Below, one piece after another: positions 51,959-64,000 of a stretch of DNA of 64,000 bases. The notes beneath the pieces were generated by a model. It saw only the letters and a program-made list of their open reading frames with translations, was not told the DNA's origin and searched no databases. How positions within the stretch are numbered: the first letter of the stretch is position 1; every line of letters begins with the position of its first letter. This DNA comes from Octopus vulgaris. Its lineage: Eukaryota. Made by a program: the position numbers and the translations under genes. The stretch spans positions 40,858,001-40,922,000 of the forward strand of contig OX597824.1 in the NCBI GenBank assembly GCA_951406725.2, read 5' to 3'.

Positions 51959-52182
51959 TTAACCCTTTCGTTATTGTATTTCTTTTGAGAAGCTCTGTGT
52001 TTCTTTCAATTACTTTAAATATAACAAAGAATTTAGTAAAATAATTTAATCATTCAGCTAGTGTTAGGAACATAGATTTTAACTAAGGTTCAGTGGAAGA
52101 TTTTAATTCAAAACTTATGAAAACAGGACATTTGTACTCAGAGCCAGAGCCAGTTTCAGCTGGGTGGTAATGAAAGGGTTAA
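51959..52182. mobile_element. MITE family A copy, inverted relative to 36085-36312
   Basis: TTAA-CCC termini; close reverse complement of the 36085 copy. Confidence 0.9.
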
Positions 52183-53660
52183 AGTAATGTGTAATCATGA
52201 CATCATTGATGATGCTTTATGTAGATTTTCATGGCTTGTAGAATTAATACTTTGCATTGTCACTTAGTTTCTGGTGGTAACTGCATCTGGGACCATATGG
52301 GTTTGCTTTCAGCACTACAATATAAAAATATAGATAATTTAATAAGTTATGGTTTCAAAAGTACCTTTCATGAAATGGAACTATTCCAGAGAGTTTATGA
52401 CTGCTAGTCAAGCTAAAAATATATTAAAACTAGGAATGTATCTATTTCCATCAGATCTTCCTTGTGAATTCAGTAAACTAAAGTTTTCTGAGAAGATATC
52501 TCTTATGTAAATTAGCTTTTAAGACTCTTGAAACTTTAGATGCTATTTTCATATTTGACCAATAGTAAGTAAAAAAATAAAGAAAAAAAATGAGGTCTGG
52601 CACTACGGACAGTTGATTGGAATGTTGTAGGAAAGAATTGCAAGACAGATTCTTCAAGCTCAGCCAACTGCCATGAGGCATAGAGGTAGACCCAGAACCA
52701 GATGGTTGAGTAATTTTCCTAGTTGCTGTCGGTCAGGTTTGGAAATCTAGCCAGAAAGTTTAATGATGGTTGCAACCCCACGACCTTCAACAAGAGTAGT
52801 GGGTTGAGAAAATGGCTGAATGGATGTATGGGTGGATGAGTCTAAGTAAAAACCCTCACAGTAATTGTTTCAAGGTTATGTTTTGTGTGATATATAATCT
52901 GAGAACATTTTTTTTTCTTTCTATTTTGTGTGTTGACATCTGGTGAAGAATGTTGAAGTGGAGAGGTGAAGTGTGTCTTAATATGTGTGCAGTATTGTAC
53001 TGCTATGTTTACTACAGGTCTATGATCTGGATAGGTCTCAGTTGTTTGAGGTTTTTATGAACACATTGATGAATGGGTCCCAAGACAGGGCAGTCAGAAA
53101 ATTGCACATTTCAAAATATTTTTAGTTGTAATTGATTGCATAATAAAAAGTTAAAACTTCATATAATATTTTTTATTATCTTTTATTCAAGAGGAAAGAC
53201 AGGCCTCTGAGTTTGATAAGGAAGGAGGGAAGGAGAAAAATATCCTCTAAACAGAAAGCTAGCCTGAATGCTTGCAACAAAGTGTTCTCTGCCAAAGGCA
53301 CCCAAGGTGCCTGGTGGTGGTGCTAAACTGGGCGAGGGGTTAAGTCTCCCATCTAAGTAGGCAATGGTAGAATTTGAACTAAGAGCCCAGTGACCTGGAA
53401 TGAATATCACAAGGCATCTGGTCTGGTATTCATATAGTTTCACCAATTCACTGCCTTGGATAGGAACTTTTTTTAATTGACCCTTAAAGGATGGAAGGCC
53501 AAGTTGACTTTATAGGGATTTGAACTCAGAGAATTGGAACAAATAATGTGAAGTATTCTGACACATAAATGACTCTGCCAATTCATCCCGTTTGTATTAA
53601 TGCATAAAATTCAGTTTTCTTTCTATAATAAATTACAACAAATTTTCAACTGTTTTTGAG

Positions 53661-53726
53661 ACAGTCTGCATTAATAAGTTAAGCACTGGGTTCACAGTCT
53701 GCATTAATAGGTTAAGCACTGGGTTC
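53661..53726. repeat. 33-bp tandem duplication
   Basis: acagtctgcattaataRgttaagcactgggttc twice, 1 mismatch. Confidence 0.9.
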
Positions 53727-54664
53727 CTTTGGATTAATAGGGAGAGAGGGTGGGAGTGTAGGAAAGAAAAAAAAAAAGTAAAATCCTAGTTATTGACTCT
53801 GCAACAATTTCTTTTGTTCTCAGTTTGAATTGTTGTTTCCAATGGTCTTTTGATGATATTTCAAAAGTGTAATTGTTAAATGAAAAAATAAAAAAAAGAG
53901 CTTAAAAAGATGAAAAATTCCTTTAAAGTATTTTAACATATTTGCTTTTTGTATGAAATTATTTTAGACTGTTTAGTTGTTGCATAATTGTGGAGTAGTC
54001 ATATACACAGCATGTTTCAGTTTGTATTTTAGTGCATTCTTTAACTAGACACACTTAACTCTCATTTGGATATGAAGCCCACTTGGATTTTCCTTGCTTT
54101 GTTAATGTTCATGAAAAATCATAAATGTAATTTCCAAAGTTATACAAGACAAAAATAAATTTATTAGTTTTTCTGTCCTTATAAAGCAAGGGAATGGGAT
54201 TAAAAAAGTGTTTCACTAGGATTAGTTCTTGGTGGCATCTAGTTTGGTATCAAAACGGCTTGTATAATCAGTTAATAGGAAATTGATCAGTGTTAAGCCA
54301 CCTACATATTAACTTGCTCATGTGCTCAAACTAAAGAAATCAGTGTCAGCATTCTATCAAATTTTTAAAATAAGATCATAGCATTGAGTCATCTCTCACA
54401 TCTTCATCACATTAACCATTTATAAATCACATCACCGCCCACATTTAGCTTTGTCTATGTAGTAGTATGTGGTATTCATTGCTTGCAAGTTGTGTGTCTT
54501 TAGCAAAATGAAGGGTGGAAGAATAAACAAACTGAAAGCTATAAAAAGCTTTATTTTAATTTTTAAGTTTTAATCATAAAGAATAAAACAAACACAAGCC
54601 AAACTGACAACATTTGATTATTATATGTTTTTGTTGCATTGTCCATAAGAGTTTTTGACAGTTG

Positions 54665-56068
54665 CTGTATTTGCTGGCATATAATAGGCACAAAGATTTT
54701 ACATTTCACTTTTTTTTTTCAGGAATTTGTGCATGCGTGTGTTGAGAGAAATAAAATCCTATTTTCTAACTACTGTATTTGCCAGCATATAAGATGCACT
54801 CGCATAAGACAGACCCTTATTTTACAAGCGCAATTTGTGGGAAAAGAAACCAGTATATTTCATCATACACTTACTGAAAGATATTTGAAAATGATCTTGA
54901 AAATTCTGTGATTCTGTGCATATAAGTACATTATTGTGACAGTATATTGAAATAAAGAATGAAAGCATAAATTTATAAATAAACCATGGTATGGGGGAAC
55001 TGTATTTTGACTTTATCTTATTTCAAATCATCTACATAGTTGCTCAAATTTTGGTCAAGACAATTGCTATACAGGGTGTAAAACTTGTATTTCTGTTTGT
55101 GTTATCTATATTGGCCACCAGAGTGGGGCACTACTGTTATGGTGTGACTATGTGGTAAGAAGCTTAATTCCCAGCCGCATGGTCCCGGGTTCAGTCCCAC
55201 TGCATAGCACCTTGAGCAAGTGTCTTCTACTATAGCCTTGGGCTGACCAAAGATCTGGTTGATGGTAACTGAAAGACGCTCATTGTACATACATATATAC
55301 ACACACACACATCTATGTGTATGTCTTTGTGTCTGTTTGTCCCCTGCCACTGCTTGACAACCAGTGTTGGTGTATTTATGTCCCTGTAACTTAGCAGTTC
55401 AGCAAAAGGCACCAATAGAATAAGTATCAAACTTTGCGGGTGAAAAAAAAAAAAAATTGGAAAGGATCAATTCATTTGACTAAAAATTCTCCAAGCAGTG
55501 TCCCAGCATGGCTGCAGTCAAATGAGTGAAACAAATAAAAGATAAAAGACCCACTGATTGCAAACAGGTGACAGGTAGAAGAAAATTTGCTTATGTTCCT
55601 TTCATCTTTCAAATAGAATCTTTCATTTACATAATTAAAAAAAACCCAGTCATTAAATAAAATGACACATATCAGGTGTAGGTTATGTATGCTGGAGAAG
55701 GAGGTCTAATGAGATGATGTGATCTTTCTACATAACTGCTGACATATTGTAAGCAATTTTTCATGTTTGTGCCAACAAACTGTGATAATTTGGCTTGTTT
55801 TCAATATTTAATTATTAAGTAAGAACTAGTGTATTTAGTGGATTTATGCCCATATAGCTCTATGGTCTATGGCACTTAGTTTCTCATCTGTAGCATGACC
55901 ACTTTGAATGCAGGGGCAGTGTTTTGATATAGTTAAAAATAGGAAAAACACATCATATATGCTGGCAAATATGGTATACTTACTGTAAATTACTGTGCAT
56001 ACTACAGTGAATATTGCGGAATATTATTTTGAAGTAGACAACCACAGTTTATATGCTGGCAAATATAG
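54665..56068. mobile_element. Tc2/pogo-like non-autonomous DNA element with doubled TIRs
   Basis: ctgtatttgcNNgcatataa at 54665 and 54773; reverse complements ending at 55974 and 56068. The inner pair is TA-flanked. Confidence 0.65.
55139..55549 (+). mobile_element. SINE family 1 copy nested in the Tc2-like element
   Basis: Colinear with the 49080 copy. Confidence 0.88.
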
Positions 56069-56226
56069 TTTGTTCTCATAATTCATTTGTGAGATAATAA
56101 TAGTTGTAACTAGTTTCCTGTATTTGTTTATTATGAATATATTTTTGTACTGCTAACTATATAGATTTTCTTTCTTTCTTTCTTTTTTTTTTTTGCGTAT
56201 TCTCTTCTTCCATATCCACCCTCCAG

Positions 56227-56460
56227 GAATCTCCTGCATCTTCGAATTCCCGTTTACCTTTGGTCAACGATCTTCCTGACAAGTCCCACTTGAGAAATGC
56301 ATCATACTTAGGAGCGATTCAAGAGCTAGCAGACCGAGGAGAGCAGCAAAACTACGATGTTAGGGCTGGATTACAGAAAGTATTACAAGTTTTCATCACT
56401 AATGCAGCAAATATTTTCTTGTTAGAAGCTGAAGATGATGGGAATTTGCTTCTCGAACAG
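56227..56460 (+). CDS. RALGAPA1: RalGAP alpha exon L
   Basis: Long pyrimidine tract, ctccag acceptor, gttagt donor. HLRNASYLGAIQ...VRAGLQKVLQVFITNAANIFLLE resembles [23 protein letters not shown]. Phase 0 to 0. Confidence 0.95.
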
Positions 56461-57036
56461 GTTAGTAACTCATTGATATATGATGGAACATAGTGTGTGC
56501 AGGGAAATCACTTTGTGTGATACATATAAATTTCGTTCCAAATTATTAAATTAAAAATTGAACCTGTAATCTTGATAATTTTTTAAGGAAACAATTTTGT
56601 TATATTTGAATGGAAAAATATTTCATATAACTGTTAAACTGTTTATTTGATTTAATTTTTTGTTTTGCTTTGACTTGTTAAAAAATTACTTGAAAATTTG
56701 ATCTTGATACTTTTTTTTGAATGGCAGAACAATGGTTGATCTATCAGATTAGTAAAATTCAAAACTGTTCCTCACTACCATAATTAAAAATGATACATTA
56801 GCTAAGTTTGAAGTTAAAGCCTTTCCATATTAGCTATGAATACCCCACCCATTATACATCCCTACACATACATAAGCACACACTTTATTTTCTTAGAATA
56901 TATGTTAATTCTTTTACATGTCAGTTGTTTAAATTTTGATTCTCTCTCTCTCTCTCTCTCTCAATTACCTTTTCCTAAGTTTAAGTGCACTTTATGTGCA
57001 ACTGCTACCTTTCACTGTCTGCTTTTCATTTTGTAG

Positions 57037-57110
57037 GTTGATTTATGTAAGCGTGTCTTGAACATCTACAGACACATTATTTTGAATATACAGCTTGCAC
57101 CTAAAACTTG
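57037..57110 (+). CDS. RALGAPA1: RalGAP alpha exon M
   Basis: ttgtag acceptor, gtaagt donor. VDLCKRVLNIYRHIILNIQLAPKT(W) resembles [24 protein letters not shown]. Phase 0 to 2. Confidence 0.95.
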
Positions 57111-57335
57111 GTAAGTTTCATTGATTAATTGATTGACTGATTTTTTTACTATCTACTCAAAGTTCAAACCTAAAAGTTATGTTCTGAGATTGCTCTTCAG
57201 ACTGCTTGACTTTAATATTTTTTGTCTTTTCAAAAAAAAAAAAAAAAAAAAAAAATGAACCAACATGATTGAGGCAATTCCTAGGTTTTACTTTCCTAAA
57301 CATGTATAACTTAATGTCAGTATAAAATAATTATA

Positions 57336-57550
57336 AAGCAGTGAGCTGGGAGAATTGTTTGCTTGCCAGGCAAAATGCTTATCAGCATTTTGTCCGCCTT
57401 TATGTTTCGAGTTGAAAATCTGCTGAGGCTGGCTCTGCCTTTCATCCTTTCGGGGTCAATAAAATATGTACCAGTTGAGCACTGGGGTAAATGTAATTGA
57501 CTTACTCCTTCCCCAAAATTGTTGGTCCTGTGCCAAAATTTGAGACCAAT
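57336..57550 (+). mobile_element. SINE family 2 (best-preserved copy)
   Basis: gtgagctgggagaattg...gcctttcatcctttcggggtcaataaaatatgtaccagttgagcactgggg...cctgtgccaaaatttgagacc. Confidence 0.8.
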
Positions 57551-58104
57551 ATAAAATTATCCTCCTCATCATTTTTTTTTTTATCAGTAACTCACTACTT
57601 TGACTTTTATATTAATATTTTTCAAAAGGTCATCTGCATCATTGTTAGCATTGTTCTCATCACCAGTCTCCATCATGTACCTCAGCTCTGAAATCACAGC
57701 TTCTCATTTTTGTTTTCTTTTACTCTGTTGTCACATCTTCATGTCATCCTTGTCTAACATCACATGTAGTGTCATATGCTTGTGCTGTTTGAATCTATCT
57801 TTGTATAGATATCACACTGGTCAACACATCTAGTATCATATCTCCATTCTTCCTGCTCAGTTTTCCTGCTGTTTATCATTCTCAAGCAATGGTTTTGTAT
57901 AAAATCATGGCTTTTCTTTATTCTTATGTTATATTCCACACTACTTCATGTTACCTGTACTCTATTAATTACATTTCTGTATTAGTTTAACTTAAATATT
58001 TTGTTCCCATACTACCTGTAACTCTTGTATCAAACATTTTCATTGGAATTTCACATTTAAGTATAAACATTTTAAAATCAATTATTTTATTCTCATCCTT
58101 CAAG

Positions 58105-58216
58105 GGAGCAGACCTTATTGGTATTATTATGTGTTACCTCTGGTGTTTTGAAGAAGAGCCCACCCACAGATCGGTTCCGAACTTTGGGAGGAAAACTTGT
58201 TCAGCCAATCTTTCAA
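58105..58216 (+). CDS. RALGAPA1: RalGAP alpha exon N
   Basis: ttcaag acceptor (AAG type), gtaagt donor. EQTLLVLLCVTSGVLKK...TLGGKLVQPIFQ resembles EQMLLVLLRVTESVLK...TLAGRLAGPLFQ. Phase 2 to 0. Confidence 0.94.
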
Positions 58217-58956
58217 GTAAGTTAAATATCAATATTTTAAATTGTAAATCACTAAATTCTTAAGATGTAAACTCCTGATGGCTATAACCATCTAATAACA
58301 GTTAAACTGTGTACCTTTCAAGTAGATGTCTTTGTTGTGAAAACTCTTTTTTAATATATGCCTGAATGTTTTAATTACTGGTAGAACTGCATTGCTAGAT
58401 ACAAGTTGTATTCTTTTGGTGGGGCAGAGAGACACAACATCTGCAAGATCTATGGTAAAATCTCTTGATTAAAAGCTTGGAAATTTTTTTTGTCCAAGTG
58501 TTGTCTATCATCTTTGGAGTTAACCTGTAAAATGTTGCATTGACTCTTACCACCAATAATGTGATTTGGCATTATAGTGTGTTGATCTTTTTGTCTCAAC
58601 AGAAATGAATTGGCATCTCTCAAATTGATTCAGAGTTTGTAGTTTTGTGTCTCATTGGGAATGTTTTATCTTCCATTGAGTTTGTTGGGTTGTGTTGTAT
58701 CACAGTTAGAAATTCCTTGGTCGTTTGACTGCTTGTTAAATTGGAGATGAAACATCAAAGGTGATTCAGTGTACACTGACATTAACCTACCTATGTTTCT
58801 AGATCTCCATTGAAAAACTACTAATTTGGAAATGTTACTGAATTTCATTAACTTTCAAGTCTCAGGTTATTTGGTGGTATTTATTAAATTAACAAATTAA
58901 AATAACTATCTTTTATAGTTATTTTTTTCTTCACATTTTTTTCTATCTGTCTTTAG

Positions 58957-59079
58957 ACACTGATTGTCACATGGATCAAAGCAAATTTAAGTGTATATAT
59001 ATCAGCTGACTTGTGGCACCAGTTGCTCGACGTATTGTCATCACTGACATCTTGGGATGAACTCATCAAAGAATGGTCG
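58957..59079 (+). CDS. RALGAPA1: RalGAP alpha exon O
   Basis: ctttag acceptor, gtaagt donor. [41 protein letters not shown] resembles [41 protein letters not shown]. Phase 0 to 0. Confidence 0.97.
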
Positions 59080-59177
59080 GTAAGTAATCAGTTTATTTAT
59101 TGAAATCTAAATAAACTCCGTTCTTAGAGATTATAAGGGCTGCATCATGTTTCTTTTATTTATTTTTTCTACATATG

Positions 59178-59530
59178 AGGTTCAGGAATGGCTTTGTGGT
59201 AAGAATTTGCTTCCCAATCACGTTTTGGGTTCAGTCCCATTGCATGGCACCTTGGGCCTTATGAATGGATTTAGTAGATGGAAACTGAAAGAAGCCCATC
59301 ATATATACATGTGTATGTTGTGACTATCTCTTTGACATGACATGTGATAGTTGTAAGCGAGTGTCACTGTCTTGTTTCCAGTCTTCTGTGAAAACATTCC
59401 TGGTCATGGAGGAAAATATCCCCAAGGAAACAGGTGAATGTTGGTGAATGGAAAAGCATCCAGCCATAGAAAATTTACCTCATTAAATCCCATCCAATCC
59501 ATGCATGGAAAAGTAGGCATTTGAGGATAA
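59178..59530 (+). mobile_element. SINE with family 1 head and RTE-type 3' tail
   Basis: Head as in family 1. Tail gcatccagccatagaaa...catgcatggaaaag matches the reverse complement of the 8439-type end. Confidence 0.75.
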
Positions 59531-59692
59531 CTACTTTTTTTTTCTACTAGTTTTGGAGTTCCAGTAATAGGGCATGGGCAATGTCTTCTCTGATTAAAAA
59601 ACGAAAACAAAGCAGGGAGGTTGGAATGTTTATACTTTTTTCATGAAGATGACAAATATTGAATCATTTAACCCTGTGAGTGGTAATGCTCA

Positions 59693-60587
59693 TGAGGTAT
59701 CAAAATGTTTCTGGACTAGTTCTGTAGCACGCCAACAGATGGTAGCTCCTGGTTGTGTGTGCAGTGAGAGCTAGCAGTGACCTTCGTGAAGTAGTGTGCC
59801 AAGTGACATTGCTGTGATTACTTTGCAAGTTATGAAATTTGTGCTTTTGTGATCACGTGTATGCTGTAGTCTGCAATTTTGTCATGGACAGGAACATAGA
59901 GCCAATGTGAAATTTTTCTTTAAATTTTGGCAGTCTGTTATAGAGACATTGAGCATTCTTTGGCAAGCTTATGGTGATGAGGCAATGAGTTGTATGCAAT
60001 GTTTTGAGTGGCACAGGTGCTTCGAAAGTGGAAGAATGTCTTTAGAAGACAATGAGTGATCTGGAAGACTTGCCACAAGCATCACCTCTGGAAATGTGGA
60101 GGAAATTCATCAGCTTGTGCATGAGGATTTTTGAAGGACAATCAGTGATGTTTTGAAGCATTTGAGGGATGGAATTCTGTGAAAGTGACCGGATCTGTGG
60201 AGCGTGAAGAATTGGATTCTTCATTACAACAATGTACCCTGTCACCGAGCTTTCCTCACTTTTGAGTTTGTTGCCAAAAATAACCTGGTATCACTTCCAC
60301 ACCTGCCCTATTTGCCAGATTTAGCATCTGCAGACTTTCATTTCTCCCCCAAGATGAAAATGCTGCTCAAAGGTCACCATTTTAACACTGTTGTTGAGAT
60401 CCAGAGCAAATCGCAGAAGGTCCTCAACTCATTTATGGAAAACAACTTCAAGGCTGGATTCCAAAAGTGGGAGGAATGCTGAGACTGGTGTAGTGCTGCG
60501 CAAGGTGACTATTTTGAAAGAGATGATGTAAATAAGTTATTTTCTTATTAAATATAACAAGTCTGGGAACTTTTTGGTATCAGCTCA
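59693..60587 (+). mobile_element. Internally deleted mariner (DD34D) relic
   Basis: Degenerate TIRs. WILHYNNVPCH resembles HDNAPxH, and PHLPYLPDLASADFHF resembles PYSPDLAPxDF. Confidence 0.88.
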
Positions 60588-60976
60588 TACTGATAAATGC
60601 AGTTTAGGATTAGATGCTGTATGTATGTTTAGATTTGTTGGATTAATATGAGGATGATGGGTGACTGGTCAGTTGTAAAGAAGAGACAAATGTACCTGCA
60701 GTTTAACAAAAATAGTAGAGGATATAGCATGACAGAGATAGCTGAAGATTTTCAGAAAGGGAATTTTACTATACAGTTAGATGGCTTTCTTTTGGATTAT
60801 GAGATGCCTGTGATTTAAGGAATTAAGTATATGAAAACAATAGTCGATAGGCTGGCAAGTGTAAAGAAAGAAAGAAAAAAAAAAAAGAAAGTAATCTGTG
60901 ATAGTATTTCAGCCAAACTTGTATTATGTGTATTTTATGTAATTGTATTTTGTTTTCATTCTGTTTTCCTTAATAG

Positions 60977-61097
60977 AAAACTATCAACACACTAACACGC
61001 GTGCTTGCACGCCAGGTTTATAACCTTGATATGCATGACTTACCTTTGGACAGACTTACTGAACAGAAAGAGAAAAAGCGACGGGGCAAGATTCAAG
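60977..61097 (+). CDS. RALGAPA1: RalGAP alpha exon P
   Basis: taatag acceptor, gtaaat donor. [40 protein letters not shown] resembles [37 protein letters not shown]. Phase 0 to 1. Confidence 0.96.
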
Positions 61098-61589
61098 GTA
61101 AATTTCTAAATTTTGTCTTTTATTTTTATTTCTTTCTCTTTTGTTTTCCTTTTTCTTTTTTTTTTTAATTTAATATAAAGCTAATCCAAAAATAAATCAA
61201 ATCTTGAATCTCTTCACCTATTATTTTAAGTACTGGTAAATAATGATAGATTAAATTGATAACTTGCATAGGGTGCTCATAATACTTCAGACATCTATGT
61301 TTCCATATTCTATTAGCTATAGAGTTTATAGCTTTCTCTGCAATACAGTAATGCTTTCATTACCAAATTATTGTGTTGCAAGATTTTATTTGATGTCATA
61401 GTTTCCGTTAACACATAACTACCTTAATCACAATTAACTTGAAGTTTTAAGAGATTAACTTTTTATACATGAGTTGGTACGAACCGTATTCAATAAATTA
61501 CCATATTTGTCATAGTTTTATTTTGATGTTGTGGTCTTAGTTATAGGATATGTTTTAATTATTTAGTAAGTTCTAATTTCACAAGCTGT

Positions 61590-61945
61590 TGTGCCACACC
61601 CTAGCGGTTGAGGGAACCTGTGGAAGAGGTAGACCCAAGAAGACTTGGGATGAGGTGGTGAAGCACGACAGTTTGACTGAAAACTGGTAAGCCTGGGGGC
61701 TGCACCAGGTTCCAATCTGATTTTGCAAAGTTTCCACAGCTGGATGTCCTTCCTAATGCCAGCCACTCTGAGAGTGTAGCGGGTGTATTTTACATGCCAC
61801 CGGCACAGGTGCCATTGGTCTGATACTGGCATTGACCATGACTATGGTAATCACTTGGCTTGACAGGTGAACACAAGCACGATATATTGCCAAGGGTCTT
61901 GGTCACTTGTCACTGCTTCCATGGGGCTTAATGCTCAAATGATAG
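61590..61945. mobile_element. RTE 3' fragment with an internal inversion
   Basis: About 61590-61668 matches 17512-17588 on the + strand. About 61668-61945 matches the UTR in reverse orientation, as at 27160-27570. Confidence 0.75.
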
Positions 61946-62689
61946 CAACAAATTCTCATTTCTCCTTGATTGCATCAAACCATATATATCTCTTGATAGA
62001 CCCCTTTCTCTGAGCTATAAGCAACTCAAACTACTTTAGATCCAGTTATTAGGATGCTTTTACGTAGTCTATTAACCTGTTGAAATAGCATCCAATTTTC
62101 CTTCACGTCATAATGCTACCAGCTTGGAAAAAAAAAGAGGCACAACACATTAAGTAATGTAGTCTTGTTACACAATTTCAGAAAACAAGACAGGGTAGAC
62201 AATATTGGAAAACCTTTGACCATAGGTTTGCTCATTCAAGGCTGACCTGGTGTTGAAGAATTAGCACATATGATTTACAGTAAGATTATAAATGCTATAG
62301 AACATTGTAAGGGATGGCTAGTCCACATTACTCTGTAAGGAGCATAGGGCTGGTCTCCTAGTTTCTCTGTCATATATATATGTGTGTAAATGTTGAACAA
62401 TGAAAATGAGTGCTTAACACCACATTGATATTTGTGAATTTTGTCTGCCATTGGTTTCATGTTAAGAAAAGTAGGAAAATATCCAAGTGTCTTAACATAG
62501 TCAATTCAAATAAATGAGTAAAATTGACAGATAACAAGAGGACTTGCACAAGGAATGTATTAGCTTGACGCTTGGTGAAAAGAGAGAGTTTGACATTTCG
62601 AGCATAGGTTTTCATCAGAAAGGAGAAAGGGCAAAGTCCAAAAAAGGAAAAGAAATTGCCAACAGCATGTGTGTAGTTACATTGCCGAA

Positions 62690-62900
62690 GTGACTGGAAG
62701 TATATATGTGGATGTATATATATATTCCTCGTTGAATATGATGCTGGTCTCTCGTAGGATTACTCATTTTTATCAGCTGGGTGGACTGGAGTGATGTGAA
62801 GTGAAGTGTTTTGCTTAAGAACACAGCACATTGTCCTGTCCACATATTGTAACTACAATCAGGAGTCCAACACCCTAACCACTAAGCCATGTGCCTCCAC
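62690..62900 (-). mobile_element. SINE family 3 copy
   Basis: Reverse complement begins tggaggcacatggcttagtggttagggtgttggactc. Confidence 0.82.
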
Positions 62901-63262
62901 TGCAAGGGATAGTAATTTAATATTTTAAAATTTTGCTTAAGTTTCATATATTTGTTTTTGTTTTATTTTCATGTATCCTTAATTTTGCTTTTATTTACTT
63001 GTTTTAACTTTATTTTTTTCTTCCATTTGGCCCTTTACAGTTTTAATGCTTTTGTTTTCCTTTGATTTTGTTTTTTGTTTATTTATTTACTTTGATAATA
63101 TTCACTTGCTTTAAATATGGCTATTGCCATCACTCTGTTGGCAAATCATATTTCACACTGTAAATCAGCAAATAAATGCTAATTTCTGATAAATTTCTGT
63201 TAAATGTTTTTCTGCACGCATGCCAAAAAGAAAAAGAAAGAAAAACACACACACACTCAAAG

Positions 63263-63305
<43 letters not shown>

Positions 63306-63733
63306 TTTTTTCTTCTTTTCTCTCCTTTCCCACTTTCTCTTCCCCAATTTATTTCTAATTAAAGTTATTTAATATTTTAATTATTAGTTTAAATTGTGAA
63401 TTGGGACTAAGGAACGAAGGGGGAAGTTTTGATTCTCTCCTTACAGAAAAATGTCTTGACACATTGCAGCTTTGTCTTCTTTTGTATGTTATTTCCTTAT
63501 TTCCTTTCAAATAAATATTGCTCTTTTTTTCTCCCCTCTACTGTAATGGTGAATTTCAGACACTCATGTGTTGTATCAGTCTTAATAGTGTTAATGAGAA
63601 CATTTAGATATACCTCAGCCTTTTCAACTGATTCCCTTACTTCTCTTTCTGTCTCTTCTCTTTCTGTCTCATGCCCTTTCTCTCTGTCTTCTGCTCTTCT
63701 CCTTCTCTCTCCTCTTTCTCTGTCACCTGCCCT

Positions 63734-63765
<32 letters not shown>

Positions 63766-63938
63766 ACTCATAAAAATGCACATGTAACACATTTCCTTTT
63801 GCTCAGTTGTTTGTGACCTATCATTTTTCATTCTCTTTTGACACTTTTGGAGGGACACACCTCAGTCTGATTTGACATCTGACCCTATTTGTGTTGTCTG
63901 CCTGTGAAAAATGTCATGTATGTAATAAACCATTTCAG

Positions 63939-64000
63939 ACCCACTGATGTCCTGCAGTGTGTGGAATGATCTGAATACAACCCCAGTTCAAAGAGCCACC
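63939..64000 (+). CDS. Possible next RalGAP alpha exon, truncated by the window end
   Basis: catttcag acceptor. Open in the phase-1 frame required by exon P: (D)PLMSCSVWNDLNTTPVQRAT. No recognised homology. Confidence 0.3.

Noticed and set aside
54723-54911. Possible cassette exon after ttttttttcag
   Set aside because: It lies within the Tc2-like element termini, has no RalGAP similarity, and has no convincing donor.
63447-63483. Possible small exon (ttacag...gtatgt)
   Set aside because: At 37 nt it is not frame-preserving, and it has no homology support.

Overview
This is AT-rich, CpG-depleted eukaryotic genomic DNA, not prokaryotic. The SINE, RTE and MITE repertoire resembles an octopus (coleoid cephalopod) genome; that assignment comes from repeat recognition and was not verified by search. 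The window lies inside one large + strand gene encoding the Ral GTPase-activating protein alpha subunit (RALGAPA1/2 family). I traced 16 phase-consistent coding exons from 22912 to 61097 (1947 nt, about 649 codons). The first coding exon was not found in the window, and the C-terminal GAP domain lies downstream. Introns carry Tc1, mariner and maT relics, RTE- and CR1-like LINE fragments, at least three SINE families, TTAA (piggyBac-like), hAT-like and Tc2-like MITEs, a 5S rRNA-derived element, and microsatellites. Most provided ORFs are spurious or TE-derived. The most notable signals are a splicing-unusual zone at 38.9-43.3 kb (GC donor, NAGNAG acceptor, tandem donor, UGCAUG cluster, candidate 15-nt microexon), inverted MITE pairs bracketing exons, a 97-nt hairpin, and a 5S-head/SINE-tail chimera. 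I found no convincing evidence of a wholly new multi-gene system.
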